A program made the translations under genes and the position numbers. Under the pieces are notes generated by a model. It had not been told where the DNA came from. It worked only from the letters and a program-made list of their open reading frames with translations, and made no database searches. A stretch of 44,870 bases of DNA from Prevotellaceae bacterium (GTDB lineage: Bacteria; Bacteroidota; Bacteroidia; Bacteroidales; UBA932): positions 1-44,870 of the forward strand of contig JAITAP010000026.1 of assembly GCA_031284065.1 (NCBI GenBank), in the 5' to 3' direction. Shown here piece by piece: positions 26,701 to 36,106 of the stretch. The first letter of the stretch is position 1. Each line of letters begins with the position of its first letter.

Positions 26701-27540
26701 CTACCTCAGCGCGTCGGGCGTGGTGAAATCCTGGTCGCCGTAGTCGAGGTTTTCGCCGGCCATGCCCCAAATGAAAATGTAGTTGCTGGTGGCGGCGGCG
26801 GCGTGGATAGACCATGCGGGCGAAATCACCGCCTGCTCGTTGAGCATCCAGATGTGCCGCGTTTCGGCGGGCTCGCCCATGAAGTGGCACACGGCTTGCC
26901 CCTGCGGCACCTCAAAGTAGAAGTATGCCTCCATGCGGCGCGAGTGGATGTGCGGCGGCATGGTGTTCCACACGCTGCCGGGCTTCAGCTCGGTCATGCC
27001 CATTTGCAGCTGGCACGTTTCGAGCACCTGATTTACGATTAGCTTGTTTATACGCCTGTCGTTGCAGGTTTCGAGCGAGCCGGTATCGACTGCCACCGCA
27101 TCCGCCAGCGTGATGTGCCTGTCCGGGCAATTCTTGTGCGCGGACGCAGAGTTGAAGTAGAAGTGCGCGGGCTTGTCGGGGTTTACGCTTCCGAACAGCG
27201 CCTTGCGGTCGCCGCTGCCGAGGTAGAGCGCCTCCTTGTACTGTAGCGTGAACTCTTTGCCGTCCACGCTTACCGTGCCCGTTCCGCCCACGTTGATAAT
27301 ACCCAGCTCCCGGCGGTGCAGGAAAAACGGCGCCTTGAGCGGGTCAATGGCTTCGAGCTCCAGCCGCTTGGCGCGGGGAACGGCTCCCCCCACAATCAGG
27401 CGGTCGAACATGGTGTAAACCATGTGCACCGTGTCGTCTTCCATGAGCTTCTCAATCAGAAACTCTTCGCGCAGGCGCTGCGTGTCGTAGTGTTTGGCGT
27501 CGGCCGGATGGGCCGGATGCCGGATTTCATACTTTGTCAT
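26701..27540 (-). CDS. kduI: 5-dehydro-4-deoxy-D-glucuronate isomerase
   Basis: Collinear with E. coli KduI as I remember it: [71 protein letters not shown]. Confidence 0.9.
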   Translation of the reverse strand: MTKYEIRHPAHPADAKHYDTQRLREEFLIEKLMEDDTVHMVYTMFDRLIVGGAVPRAKRLELEAIDPLKAPFFLHRRELGIINVGGTGTVSVDGKEFTLQYKEALYLGSGDRKALFGSVNPDKPAHFYFNSASAHKNCPDRHITLADAVAVDTGSLETCNDRRINKLIVNQVLETCQLQMGMTELKPGSVWNTMPPHIHSRRMEAYFYFEVPQGQAVCHFMGEPAETRHIWMLNEQAVISPAWSIHAAAATSNYIFIWGMAGENLDYGDQDFTTPDALR

Positions 27541-27591
27541 CGTTGGTAATGTTTTTAAGGATTTAAGGTATTCAAGATTTTACAATTCACT

Positions 27592-28857
27592 TTACCGCAG
27601 CACGGTTTCGCTCCTATCGGGGCCTACGGAAATAAATTTTACGGGCACGCCTGTCTGAAGCTCAATGAACTTTACGTAGTCAAGGAGCTCCTGCGGGAGG
27701 TCTTTTTCCGTCCGGCAGCCCGATACGGGCTTTTTCCACCCCCGAAATTCCTCATACACCGGCTCAATCGGCGTATCCACCTCGTATGGGTAGCGGTCGG
27801 TGGCGGCGCCGTTGATGCGGTAGGCTACGCAAACCCTGATGGCGTCGAAGTTATCCATCACGTCAGCTTTCATCATGAAGAGCTGCGTAGCGCCGCTGAC
27901 CATGATGGAGTACCTGAGCGCCACCAAGTCGAGCCAACCGCAGCGGCGCGCGCGTCCGGTGGTAGAGCCAAATTCGTTGCCCTGTCGGCTCAATTGCGCT
28001 CCAACCTCGTCGTGAAGCTCCGTAGGGAACGGCCCGCTGCCCACGCGCGTGCAGTACGCCTTAAAAATTCCTATCACCTCGCCTATGCTGCTCGGCGCAA
28101 CGCCAAGGCCGGTGCAGGCTCCGGCGCACACGGTGCTGGAGGAGGTTACAAACGGGTAGGAGCCAAAGTCAACGTCGAGCATGGAGCCCTGCGCACCTTC
28201 GGCGAGGATACTTCCCTGCTTCAGGAGCTCGTTTACCTCGTACTCGCTGTCGATGATTGTCAATTCGCCCCGCAGCTGCTCAATGCTTTGCAGCCACTCC
28301 CTTTCCTGCTCCTCCACGCTGAACGGGTAGCCGAGCTGCTTAAGGAGCGCCACGTGCTTTTGCTTAAGCGCGGCGTACTTTTGGCTAAAATCGGGGCGCA
28401 GCACGTCGCCTGCGCGTAGCCCGCTGCGGCTGACCTTGTCGGTGTAGGCAGGCCCTATTCCCTTAAGCGTAGAGCCGATTTTTGCCCCGCCCTTGGCGGC
28501 TTCCTGCGCCGCATCAAGAATACGGTGGGTGGGGAGGATGAGGTGCGCCTTTTTGGAGAGCAAAATTTTGCCGGCGGTGGGCACGCCGATGGCGTTAATC
28601 TTTTTGATTTCGTCCATCAGTATCACGGGGTCAACCACAACGCCGTTGCCGATAATGTTGATTGAATTTTCGCGAAAAATCCCGGAGGGGACGGTGTGCA
28701 GCACCATTTTTTTGCCGTCGAACTCCAGCGTGTGCCCGGCGTTTGGGCCACCCTGAAAGCGGGCTACCACCTTGTACTTTGGCGTGAGCACATCTACAAT
28801 CTTCCCTTTCCCTTCGTCGCCCCATTGCAGACCAATAACAACATCTACTTTTTTCAT
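27592..28857 (-). CDS. purA: Adenylosuccinate synthase
   Basis: VVIGLQWGDEGKGKIVD P-loop, GIGPAYTDK and GTTGRARRCGWLD. Confidence 0.95.
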   Translation of the reverse strand: MKKVDVVIGLQWGDEGKGKIVDVLTPKYKVVARFQGGPNAGHTLEFDGKKMVLHTVPSGIFRENSINIIGNGVVVDPVILMDEIKKINAIGVPTAGKILLSKKAHLILPTHRILDAAQEAAKGGAKIGSTLKGIGPAYTDKVSRSGLRAGDVLRPDFSQKYAALKQKHVALLKQLGYPFSVEEQEREWLQSIEQLRGELTIIDSEYEVNELLKQGSILAEGAQGSMLDVDFGSYPFVTSSSTVCAGACTGLGVAPSSIGEVIGIFKAYCTRVGSGPFPTELHDEVGAQLSRQGNEFGSTTGRARRCGWLDLVALRYSIMVSGATQLFMMKADVMDNFDAIRVCVAYRINGAATDRYPYEVDTPIEPVYEEFRGWKKPVSGCRTEKDLPQELLDYVKFIELQTGVPVKFISVGPDRSETVLR

Positions 28858-29115
28858 TTATCAGGATTATGGACTTCGCCTGCGCTCCAACGCGGAGGGC
28901 AGGGAAGCAGGTTAAATACGGTATCAGTGTTTTTGCTGCGAGACAATAGCTTTGGGTTTTCCGCAAAAACTCTCAAAAGTACAAAAAATATCAAAGCGTA
29001 CCAAAAGTAAATTGAAACGTTTTCTATCTATTATTTCGGCTCCCTTGTCATTCCGCTCCCCCGCCGCCATTTTTGCTCCCCCTTTCCGCCATTTTCTCTC
29101 CCTCCTGCCGCTCCT

Positions 29116-29160
29116 GCCGCCGCCGCCGCCGCTGCCGCCGCCGCCGCCATCATCATCATC
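29116..29160. repeat. Compound trinucleotide microsatellite (GCC)5-GCT-(GCC)5-(ATC)4
   Basis: Read directly from the sequence. It lies in a ~680-bp non-coding gap between the divergent purA and glpD. Confidence 0.9.
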
Positions 29161-29540
29161 GTTGTGCGTGCTTCGTCGTTGGAGCTCCGCCACTACGCAC
29201 GCTTGCACTTTGCGCGTTTCGGGCGAAACAAGAGCGTGTTGTGTGCGTTTATTCTTAACCCCAAGCAAGGTTTGAAGCCCTGTCAGGGTTTAAAATTCAA
29301 CGCTTTGTACACATTTTACCGGATGCCGGCGGCGGCAAGCGGCAAGAATCTGCACCCATAATAGTAAAAAATTTTTCTTACCAATAATTCCGGTTTTTGC
29401 TACGCATATATTTGTTCCTGAGCAAAATATTTATTTCCATTGTGAGAGCTGCAACGTAAAAATGAGCAAAAAAGTTTATCTTATGAAAATTTTTTCTTAT
29501 CTTTAGTATGTTTTACTACACTCTTGTTTGCTTCTATAAA

Positions 29541-31118
29541 ATGGAAAAAAAGCTCATGGACAGAGAAAAAATGATAGCGCAGCTGCAAAAAACAGCGTCG
29601 TGGGACTGCGTTGTGATAGGCGGCGGCGCTACGGGATTGGGCGTGGCCGTGGATGCCGCTACGCGCGGCTACAAGGTGGCGCTGCTCGAAATGGTAGATT
29701 TTGCCAAGTGCACCTCCGGCAAGAGCACCAAGCTGGTGCATGGCGGCGTTCGCTACCTGCAACACGGCGATGTGCTGCTGGTGCTGGAGGCACTCCGGGA
29801 GCGAGGACGCATGAAGAGAAATGCGCCGCATCTGGTAAAAGACCAATCGTTTGTTATAGCCAACTACACGTGGTGGAATAATTTCCTTTACTTCTGCGGG
29901 CTTACGCTGTACGACATGCTTTCGTTCGGCTTTGGGTACGGGCGCAGCCGGCTTATTTCGGCCAAAAAAGTGATGCGCTACCTGCCTACCGCCATGAAAA
30001 AGGGGCTGAAGGGCGGGATTGTGTACCACGACGGGCAGTTTGACGACGCCCGCATGGCTGTTAACCTCGCGCAAACCTGCGTGGAGCGGGGAGGCGTGGC
30101 GCTAAACAGGGCCGAAGTAACGAATATACTGCACGACGAGCGCGGGAATGTGTCCGGCGTAACGTTTGTTGACCTTGAAACGGGCAGCGAGATACAGCTC
30201 CGGTCGCGCACGGTGATAAACGCCTGCGGCATTTTTGTGGACGAGGTGATGCTGATGGATTCGCCCAACCACAAGAAGATGGTTACGCCAAGCCAGGGCG
30301 TACACTTGGTATTCGACAAAAAATTTCTGCCGAACGACTACGCGGTAATGATTCCGAAAACGAGCGACGGCCGGGTGCTGTTTGCCGTACCGTGGCACGG
30401 CAAGGTGGTAGCGGGCACGACCGATATTGTGCGCCCAACCGCCGAGCTGGAGCCTGCGCCGCTGAAGGAGGAAATAGATTTTATCCTGAATACCGCCGCG
30501 CTTTACTTTGAAACGCCTCCGCAGTACTCCGATATTCTTTCGGTGTTTGCCGGGCAACGCCCGCTGGCGGCGCCAAAGAGAGAGGGGAAGAGCACGAAAG
30601 AGCTGTCGCGCGGGCATAAAATCATTGTGTCGGAGCACAAGCTTGTCACCATTACCGGCGGCAAGTGGACTTCTTACCGCCGCATGGCGGAGGATACGCT
30701 CGATAAGGCCATCCGGCTGGGCTTGCTGGAGGCAAGGAAATGCCGGACAAAAAATCTGCACATTCACGGCTACCGCCCTCGCCCCGATTTGTCCAACCAC
30801 TTGTACGTGTACGGTAGCGACGAACCTGCCATTAGCGCGCTGGCCAAAAGCAGCCCGGAGTACGCCAAAAAGCTGCACGCCGGCTACGACTACACGGTGG
30901 CAGAGGTGGTATGGGCGGTGCGGTGCGAAATGGCGCGCGACGTGGAGGACGTGCTGGCGCGTCGCGTAAGGCTTTTGTACATCGACGCTCGCGCCGCTAT
31001 AGCCGCCGCGCCAACCGTGGCAAGGGTAATAGCGAAAGAGCTGGGTAGAAATCAAGCATGGGTGGAGCAACAAATCAATAAATTTACAACTTTAGCAACA
31101 AAATACATTATTTTATAG
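29541..31118 (+). CDS. glpD: FAD-dependent glycerol-3-phosphate dehydrogenase
   Basis: DCVVIGGGATGLGVAVDAATRG dinucleotide fold, GGKWTSYR, and a GlpD C-terminal domain. An imperfect -7 box TATCTTTA lies at 29498-29505. Confidence 0.85.
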   Translation: MEKKLMDREKMIAQLQKTASWDCVVIGGGATGLGVAVDAATRGYKVALLEMVDFAKCTSGKSTKLVHGGVRYLQHGDVLLVLEALRERGRMKRNAPHLVKDQSFVIANYTWWNNFLYFCGLTLYDMLSFGFGYGRSRLISAKKVMRYLPTAMKKGLKGGIVYHDGQFDDARMAVNLAQTCVERGGVALNRAEVTNILHDERGNVSGVTFVDLETGSEIQLRSRTVINACGIFVDEVMLMDSPNHKKMVTPSQGVHLVFDKKFLPNDYAVMIPKTSDGRVLFAVPWHGKVVAGTTDIVRPTAELEPAPLKEEIDFILNTAALYFETPPQYSDILSVFAGQRPLAAPKREGKSTKELSRGHKIIVSEHKLVTITGGKWTSYRRMAEDTLDKAIRLGLLEARKCRTKNLHIHGYRPRPDLSNHLYVYGSDEPAISALAKSSPEYAKKLHAGYDYTVAEVVWAVRCEMARDVEDVLARRVRLLYIDARAAIAAAPTVARVIAKELGRNQAWVEQQINKFTTLATKYIIL

Positions 31119-31128
31119 AGCAATTATT

Positions 31129-32481
31129 ATGAAGAACTTTTTGCAACCTCCGGCGCCTAAGTCGCCGGTAACCGATAAGAAAAAAATAGATAGCCGCTAC
31201 AAGCGTATGCGCTGGCAAGTCTTTATCGGTATTTTTATGGGATACGCTGCGTATTACCTCGTGAGGAAAAATTTTTCGCTGGCAATGCCCTACCTGCTGG
31301 GGGAGGGCTTTACGAAAGCCGATCTTGGGATAGCCTTTGCCTTTAACGGCATAGCCTACGGGCTGTCGAAATTCCTGATGGGCGGCGTTTCGGACAGGAG
31401 CAACGCCCGGCTGTTTCTGCCGCTGGGGCTGACGCTGGCTTCCATAGCAACAATTGTTGCGGGAACGAGCATCGGCATGTACAACATTACGGTGATGGCC
31501 GTTTTTCAGTTCCTTGTGGGCTGGTTTGGCGGCATGGGCTGGCCTCCCTGCGGGCGGGTGATGACGCACTGGTTTTCGGTGAAAGAGCGCGGAACGAAAA
31601 TGGCCGTCTGGAACTTGGCGCACAACGTGGGCGGCGGCATGTTGGGTCAGGTCATAAAGTGGGGCATTTTGTTTGGCGCGTCGGTAGGATTTTCCTCGCT
31701 TGCGTGGCGGTTTGGCATTTTTTACTTCCCGGCGGCCATTGCGCTCGTTATCGCCCTCATCGCTTTCTTCACCATACGCGACAACCCGCAATCGCAGGGG
31801 CTGCCGAGCATCGAAAAGCATAAAAACGACTACCCGCCCAACTACTCCGCCGATTCGGAAAGGGTGCTGAGCACGAGGGAAATATTTTTCAAGTACGTTT
31901 TGAATAACAAAATGCTTTGGTTTGTCGCCGTTGCCAACGCTTTTGTGTACTTCATCCGGTACGGGGTGCAGGACTGGGCGCCTACCTACTTCACCGAAGT
32001 TAAGGGGTACTCGCAGGCGGAAATCAGCAATGCGTATTCCCTCTACGAGTGGGCAGCCATTCCGGGTACGCTGCTGTGCGGCTGGGTGAGCGACAAGCTG
32101 TTTAGCGGAAAACGCGCCATGACTACCATAATCTTCATGGTGCTGGTGATGGCGGCGATTTTTGTGTACTGGCTAAATCCCTACGGCAAGCTGATAGATA
32201 CGGTTGCGTTTACCGCGATAGGATTTTTTGTTTACGGCCCGGTCATGCTGATAGGCGTTCACGCGCTGGACCTGGCGCCCAAAAATGCCGCCGGCACTTC
32301 CGCCGGGCTAACGGGTTTTTTTGGCTACTTCGTTGGCACTTCGCTGCTGGCAAATATCGTAATGGGACAGGTAGTGGAGCATTACGGATGGTCAAACGGT
32401 TTCCAGCTGCTCATAGCAAGCTGCTTGCTGGCAATCGTTCTGATGGCGTTTACCTACAAAAAAGAAAGCAGCAACAAGTAA
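31129..32481 (+). CDS. glpT: Glycerol-3-phosphate/phosphate antiporter (MFS, organophosphate:Pi antiporter family)
   Basis: YKRMRWQVFIGIFMGYAAYYLVRKNFSLAMPYL and GGVSDRSNARLF closely parallel E. coli GlpT. Confidence 0.85.
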   Translation: MKNFLQPPAPKSPVTDKKKIDSRYKRMRWQVFIGIFMGYAAYYLVRKNFSLAMPYLLGEGFTKADLGIAFAFNGIAYGLSKFLMGGVSDRSNARLFLPLGLTLASIATIVAGTSIGMYNITVMAVFQFLVGWFGGMGWPPCGRVMTHWFSVKERGTKMAVWNLAHNVGGGMLGQVIKWGILFGASVGFSSLAWRFGIFYFPAAIALVIALIAFFTIRDNPQSQGLPSIEKHKNDYPPNYSADSERVLSTREIFFKYVLNNKMLWFVAVANAFVYFIRYGVQDWAPTYFTEVKGYSQAEISNAYSLYEWAAIPGTLLCGWVSDKLFSGKRAMTTIIFMVLVMAAIFVYWLNPYGKLIDTVAFTAIGFFVYGPVMLIGVHALDLAPKNAAGTSAGLTGFFGYFVGTSLLANIVMGQVVEHYGWSNGFQLLIASCLLAIVLMAFTYKKESSNK

Positions 32482-32526
32482 TTTCATTAGTAACATTAAA
32501 TAAGTAAAATAGTAATAAGAATAAAT

Positions 32527-33981
32527 ATGAAGAACATTTTGATTGGAACAGTGGCGGTATGCGCCATTGGCTGTACGCTGGCGTCGTGCGACGACCAGCG
32601 CTACACAGACCTCAGGGTAGAGGTGGACAAAGTTCAGGTAAGCGAGCTGCCTGCCGACCTGCAAGCTGTGCGGGACTACGTAGCGCCCGACGCTGTTATT
32701 GCGCATCGCGGGTCAACATTCTGGACTCCGGAGGAAACCGAAGCGGCCTACCGCTGGGCGCGTGAAACAGGAGCCGACTACCTGGAGCTCGACCTACAGT
32801 GCTCCAAAGACGGCGTTATCCTTGCGCTGCACGACGACAACCTGAAGCGAACTACCGACATTGAAAGCGTGTACGGAGAATTTATCCCCGCCACGCGGTA
32901 TCGCTACTACATTGCCCGCGGGCTTGACTCGGCGCAGGCGCAACAGCAGCTGGACAACGACAAAAAAACCTTCCGTCCCTACTACGCCGCCTCCTACATG
33001 TACGATGAGCTGACAAAGCTCAACGCCGGGTCGTGGTTTAACATTAAGCCCGAAGGACCCGAGCAGGCGCGTCCGAAATTCGACTCAATTAAGCAGTACA
33101 TATCCACTTTGGAAGATGTGGTGAGGATTGCCGAAGGGAAAAAGTTGAGGAGAAACGCTGGGGGGGAGCGCGACTACACAATTGACAACATTGATAAAAC
33201 CATGCCCATGATTGACCGGAGCATGTTCGACGGCTCAAAATCTTACGAAGTCAAGTACCATTTTGAGTACGACGATGAGGCCGGCGCGCAGTGGAAGGGC
33301 AACCGTCCGGGTATTTATCCGGAGTTTAAGGAGTCATGGCTAAACCCTGCCGATATGGAGCAGCGGGTTTACAATGAGCTGGATGCTCTTGGCTGGAATA
33401 TCATTACCAAGCCGGCAGGCGCAGCCGAGCCGTTCTATACCGGCGCCAACAACACGGTGAACGTGGGGCGTACCAACGGCAAGGTTATTCTGCAAACCTT
33501 TGCGCTGTCGAGCTTGGCGCGTGCAGCGCAGGTTTTTGGCGGAAAGGTTCCGATGACCTTTTTACTCTGGCCTCAATCCAGCTCGCTGCTGGACGGGACG
33601 CCGTCGGAGTACGCCTCGTCCATCAACATGGCAATTGCCAACAAGGCGCACATTATTGGCCCGTGCATTGCAGGCCCGCCAAACAACTACGCCGAAACCA
33701 ACGAGGCGTGGCAGGCGTACCTGATTCACAAAGCCGGCATGTTAAACCACCCGTATTCATTCGATACCTACGAGCAGATGAACAAATACTACGGCGTGTG
33801 GGACAAGGGGGTGAAAACGGAGTACAACTACGTTGACGAAAACGGCAACGTGCGCCGCTACATCGACGCCATGTTCACCAACCACGCCGACGCGACGCTG
33901 AAATTCTACCGCGAGCAGGGAAAAAACAAGTACAGGGGTGAAGAAAGCGCGCAGGAAGTCTTGCAGAGGCTTGGATACTAA
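32527..33981 (+). CDS. Glycerophosphodiester phosphodiesterase family lipoprotein
   Basis: Lipobox TLASC. GDPD motifs VIAHRGS...PEET/ENT-type and YLELDLQCSKDGVILALHD. Confidence 0.75.
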   Translation: MKNILIGTVAVCAIGCTLASCDDQRYTDLRVEVDKVQVSELPADLQAVRDYVAPDAVIAHRGSTFWTPEETEAAYRWARETGADYLELDLQCSKDGVILALHDDNLKRTTDIESVYGEFIPATRYRYYIARGLDSAQAQQQLDNDKKTFRPYYAASYMYDELTKLNAGSWFNIKPEGPEQARPKFDSIKQYISTLEDVVRIAEGKKLRRNAGGERDYTIDNIDKTMPMIDRSMFDGSKSYEVKYHFEYDDEAGAQWKGNRPGIYPEFKESWLNPADMEQRVYNELDALGWNIITKPAGAAEPFYTGANNTVNVGRTNGKVILQTFALSSLARAAQVFGGKVPMTFLLWPQSSSLLDGTPSEYASSINMAIANKAHIIGPCIAGPPNNYAETNEAWQAYLIHKAGMLNHPYSFDTYEQMNKYYGVWDKGVKTEYNYVDENGNVRRYIDAMFTNHADATLKFYREQGKNKYRGEESAQEVLQRLGY

Positions 33982-34016
33982 ACACAGGAAATTAACTTTA
34001 TAATACCGAAGTAACA

Positions 34017-35405
34017 ATGAATAGATATATTTTTCTCACAGCCATTGCTGTGATATGCTTTGCGAATGTTACACTTGCGCAGGGCGACAACTCCGACCCT
34101 GCGCTGCTGACCGTGAAGTCGGAAGAGAACAAGCTGGAGTTTACGGCGGGCGGCCGCCTGACGGCCGACGTAGCCGGCTACCGCAGCGATTTCACCGCGC
34201 TCAAGTCCGGCGCGGCAATCAGCGACGCCCGGATACGCGCCTCGTTCAAGTACGGCAAGCTGTACCTGTACTCCGATTTTGACTTTACGGGCGGCAAATT
34301 TTCGCAAAAAGACCTCTACCTGCGCTACAACCTTGCAGAGGGCGACGGCGGAACGCACAGCCTCAAAGCCGGATTTTACGCCGACCCTGCCTCAATGGGC
34401 TACAACACGAGCCGCTACCAGTACCACTTTATCTCCCGAGCTGCGCCAACTCAGGCGTTTGTGACGGGGCGGCAGCTGGGCGCAACCTACAAGTTTTACA
34501 ACAAGTACACGCTGCTCGATCAGGGCGTTTTTGCCGAAAACAAGTACAACAACCAAGCGGCCGGCTACCAGGGATTCACCCTTGCCGGACGCTGGCTCTT
34601 CAAGGCCCTCAACGCGGACGACCTTACGCTGCACGTGGGCGCGGCCGCAAGGTACGCCAAAATGAACACCGGATGGGTGGAAAACAACATCTTCCACCAG
34701 TCGCAATCCTTTGGCTCAAGCCTTGAAACAAGCGTTGATGCAAGCGACCAGTTTCTCCACGTTGACTTGCCCTGGGCGTCGAGCAACGTAAACGTATCGG
34801 GCGAGCTGATGTTCTGCGCCGATAAGTTTTTTGCTCGCGGCGAGTACATTTGGAAGTACGTTGGCAAGACCCGCCCCGACGACGAGTTGCTCGAAGCGCA
34901 GCTGGGCAGCGCGGGGAGCGCAGGAACAGTAGAAGCCTACCGGACGCTGCACCCCATCCGCAACAATTCGTTCAGCGGCGCGTACGTGGAGCTTGGCTAC
35001 CTGCTGCTCGGCAACCGCTACTCGTACAGCGATGAAATGGGCGTTCTCAACGGCATGAACGACAACAATGCGCTGGAGCTTGTAGCCCGGTACAGCTACG
35101 TCAACCTCAACGACGTTAACAAGGGCGAATACTTTTTGCGCAGCAGCAAAAAGTTTTACCCCTGCGAAATCACCTACGATGCGGCGCAGGCAACCGGCAA
35201 CAACGAGTACTACTTTGACTACCCCATTCCCTCCACCAGCGTGCCGGGCGGCAAGGCGCACCTCGTTACGCTGGGGCTGAACTACACGTTCAACAAGTAC
35301 GTCAAGCTGATGGCGGAGTACAAGCGTTCTTTTGTGGAGCACTACTACTACGACTTGGACAGGAACATTCACGCCGCGCAGCTCAAAATGATGTTTTCGT
35401 TTTGA
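34017..35405 (+). CDS. Outer-membrane beta-barrel porin (OprO/OprP-like)
   Basis: Signal peptide, an alternating beta-strand pattern, and a C-terminal aromatic residue (MMFSF). It is the last gene of the glp cluster. The family call is tentative. Confidence 0.5.
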   Translation: MNRYIFLTAIAVICFANVTLAQGDNSDPALLTVKSEENKLEFTAGGRLTADVAGYRSDFTALKSGAAISDARIRASFKYGKLYLYSDFDFTGGKFSQKDLYLRYNLAEGDGGTHSLKAGFYADPASMGYNTSRYQYHFISRAAPTQAFVTGRQLGATYKFYNKYTLLDQGVFAENKYNNQAAGYQGFTLAGRWLFKALNADDLTLHVGAAARYAKMNTGWVENNIFHQSQSFGSSLETSVDASDQFLHVDLPWASSNVNVSGELMFCADKFFARGEYIWKYVGKTRPDDELLEAQLGSAGSAGTVEAYRTLHPIRNNSFSGAYVELGYLLLGNRYSYSDEMGVLNGMNDNNALELVARYSYVNLNDVNKGEYFLRSSKKFYPCEITYDAAQATGNNEYYFDYPIPSTSVPGGKAHLVTLGLNYTFNKYVKLMAEYKRSFVEHYYYDLDRNIHAAQLKMMFSF

Positions 35406-35447
35406 GAAGTACGCGCCGTGCGCCGCAATTTTGCGGATTTTTCGAGA

Positions 35448-35477
35448 GGAGGCTGCCCCAAAAGGCAGCCTCCTTTT
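35448..35477. terminator. Bidirectional hairpin terminator
   Basis: GGAGGCTGCC-ccaaaa-GGCAGCCTCC followed by TTTT, between the convergent porin and tadA genes. Confidence 0.7.
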
Positions 35478-35914
35478 CATGTTCTTTTTTTCCTGAAAAA
35501 ATTGCTCATCAGCGTTCCGCACTCGTCGGCCAGCAGCCCTTGCGCGACCGTAGTTTTTGGGTGCAGCAGGTTTTGCGCTATCAGCGAATAGCCGCGCTTG
35601 GGGTCGGCGGCTCCGTACACCACCCGCCCCAGCTGCGCCCAGTAGCACGCGCCGGCGCACATGGGGCACGGCTCTACGGTAACGTACAGCGTGCAGCTGT
35701 TAAGGTATTTTCCGCCGATAAAGCTCATTGCCGACGTTATCGCCTGCATTTCGGCGTGCGCGGTGGCGTCGCTTAGCGTTTCGGTGAGGTTGTGCGCACG
35801 GGCAATAATGCGTCCGCCGTGCACAATCACCGCGCCTACCGGCGTTTCGTCCTTGCCGGCGGCAAGCCGCGCTTCGCGCAGCGCTTCGCGCATGTATTTC
35901 TCATCCGTTGTCAT
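35477..35914 (-). CDS. tadA: tRNA adenosine(34) deaminase
   Basis: CDA-fold zinc motifs HAEMQAI and PCPMCAGA. 145 aa. Confidence 0.9.
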   Translation of the reverse strand: MTTDEKYMREALREARLAAGKDETPVGAVIVHGGRIIARAHNLTETLSDATAHAEMQAITSAMSFIGGKYLNSCTLYVTVEPCPMCAGACYWAQLGRVVYGAADPKRGYSLIAQNLLHPKTTVAQGLLADECGTLMSNFFRKKRT

Positions 35915-35972
35915 TTACGAAATTTTAACGTGCAATAAATTAACCCGGCTCGTTTTTTGCGCCCGATATCGC

Positions 35973-35980
35973 TACTTTTG
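35973..35980 (+). promoter_or_regulatory. Bacteroidota -7 box TACTTTTG
   Basis: Exact TAnnTTTG match. It lies 127 nt upstream of the 931-aa gene and 11 nt upstream of a 39-codon upstream ORF (uORF). Confidence 0.4.
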
Positions 35981-36106
35981 TCCCAAGTTTATGTATGTAT
36001 GGCAAACCCGCCGGTACCTGCACATGCCACAAGTGGCTGCATGGCTGCTACGCAGGGTAGCGCATGTACTCTGCAAGGGTAAGGGTGCAAAGGTAGGAAT
36101 TTTTTT

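Noticed and set aside
27011-27028. Sigma-54 promoter candidate (TGGCAC), looked for because rpoN is in the window
   Set aside because: The -12 element is missing: TGGCAC-gtttc-GAGC rather than TTGC. The site also lies inside the kduI coding sequence. The other TGGCAC occurrences I saw are likewise intragenic and lack a GC -12 box.
28924-29275. Two overlapping ORFs (minus 114 aa, plus 107 aa) in the purA-glpD spacer
   Set aside because: Their translations are dominated by the trinucleotide repeat (DDDDGGGGGSGGGGG or PPPPPLPPPPPSSSS). No start context, promoter box or motif supports them.
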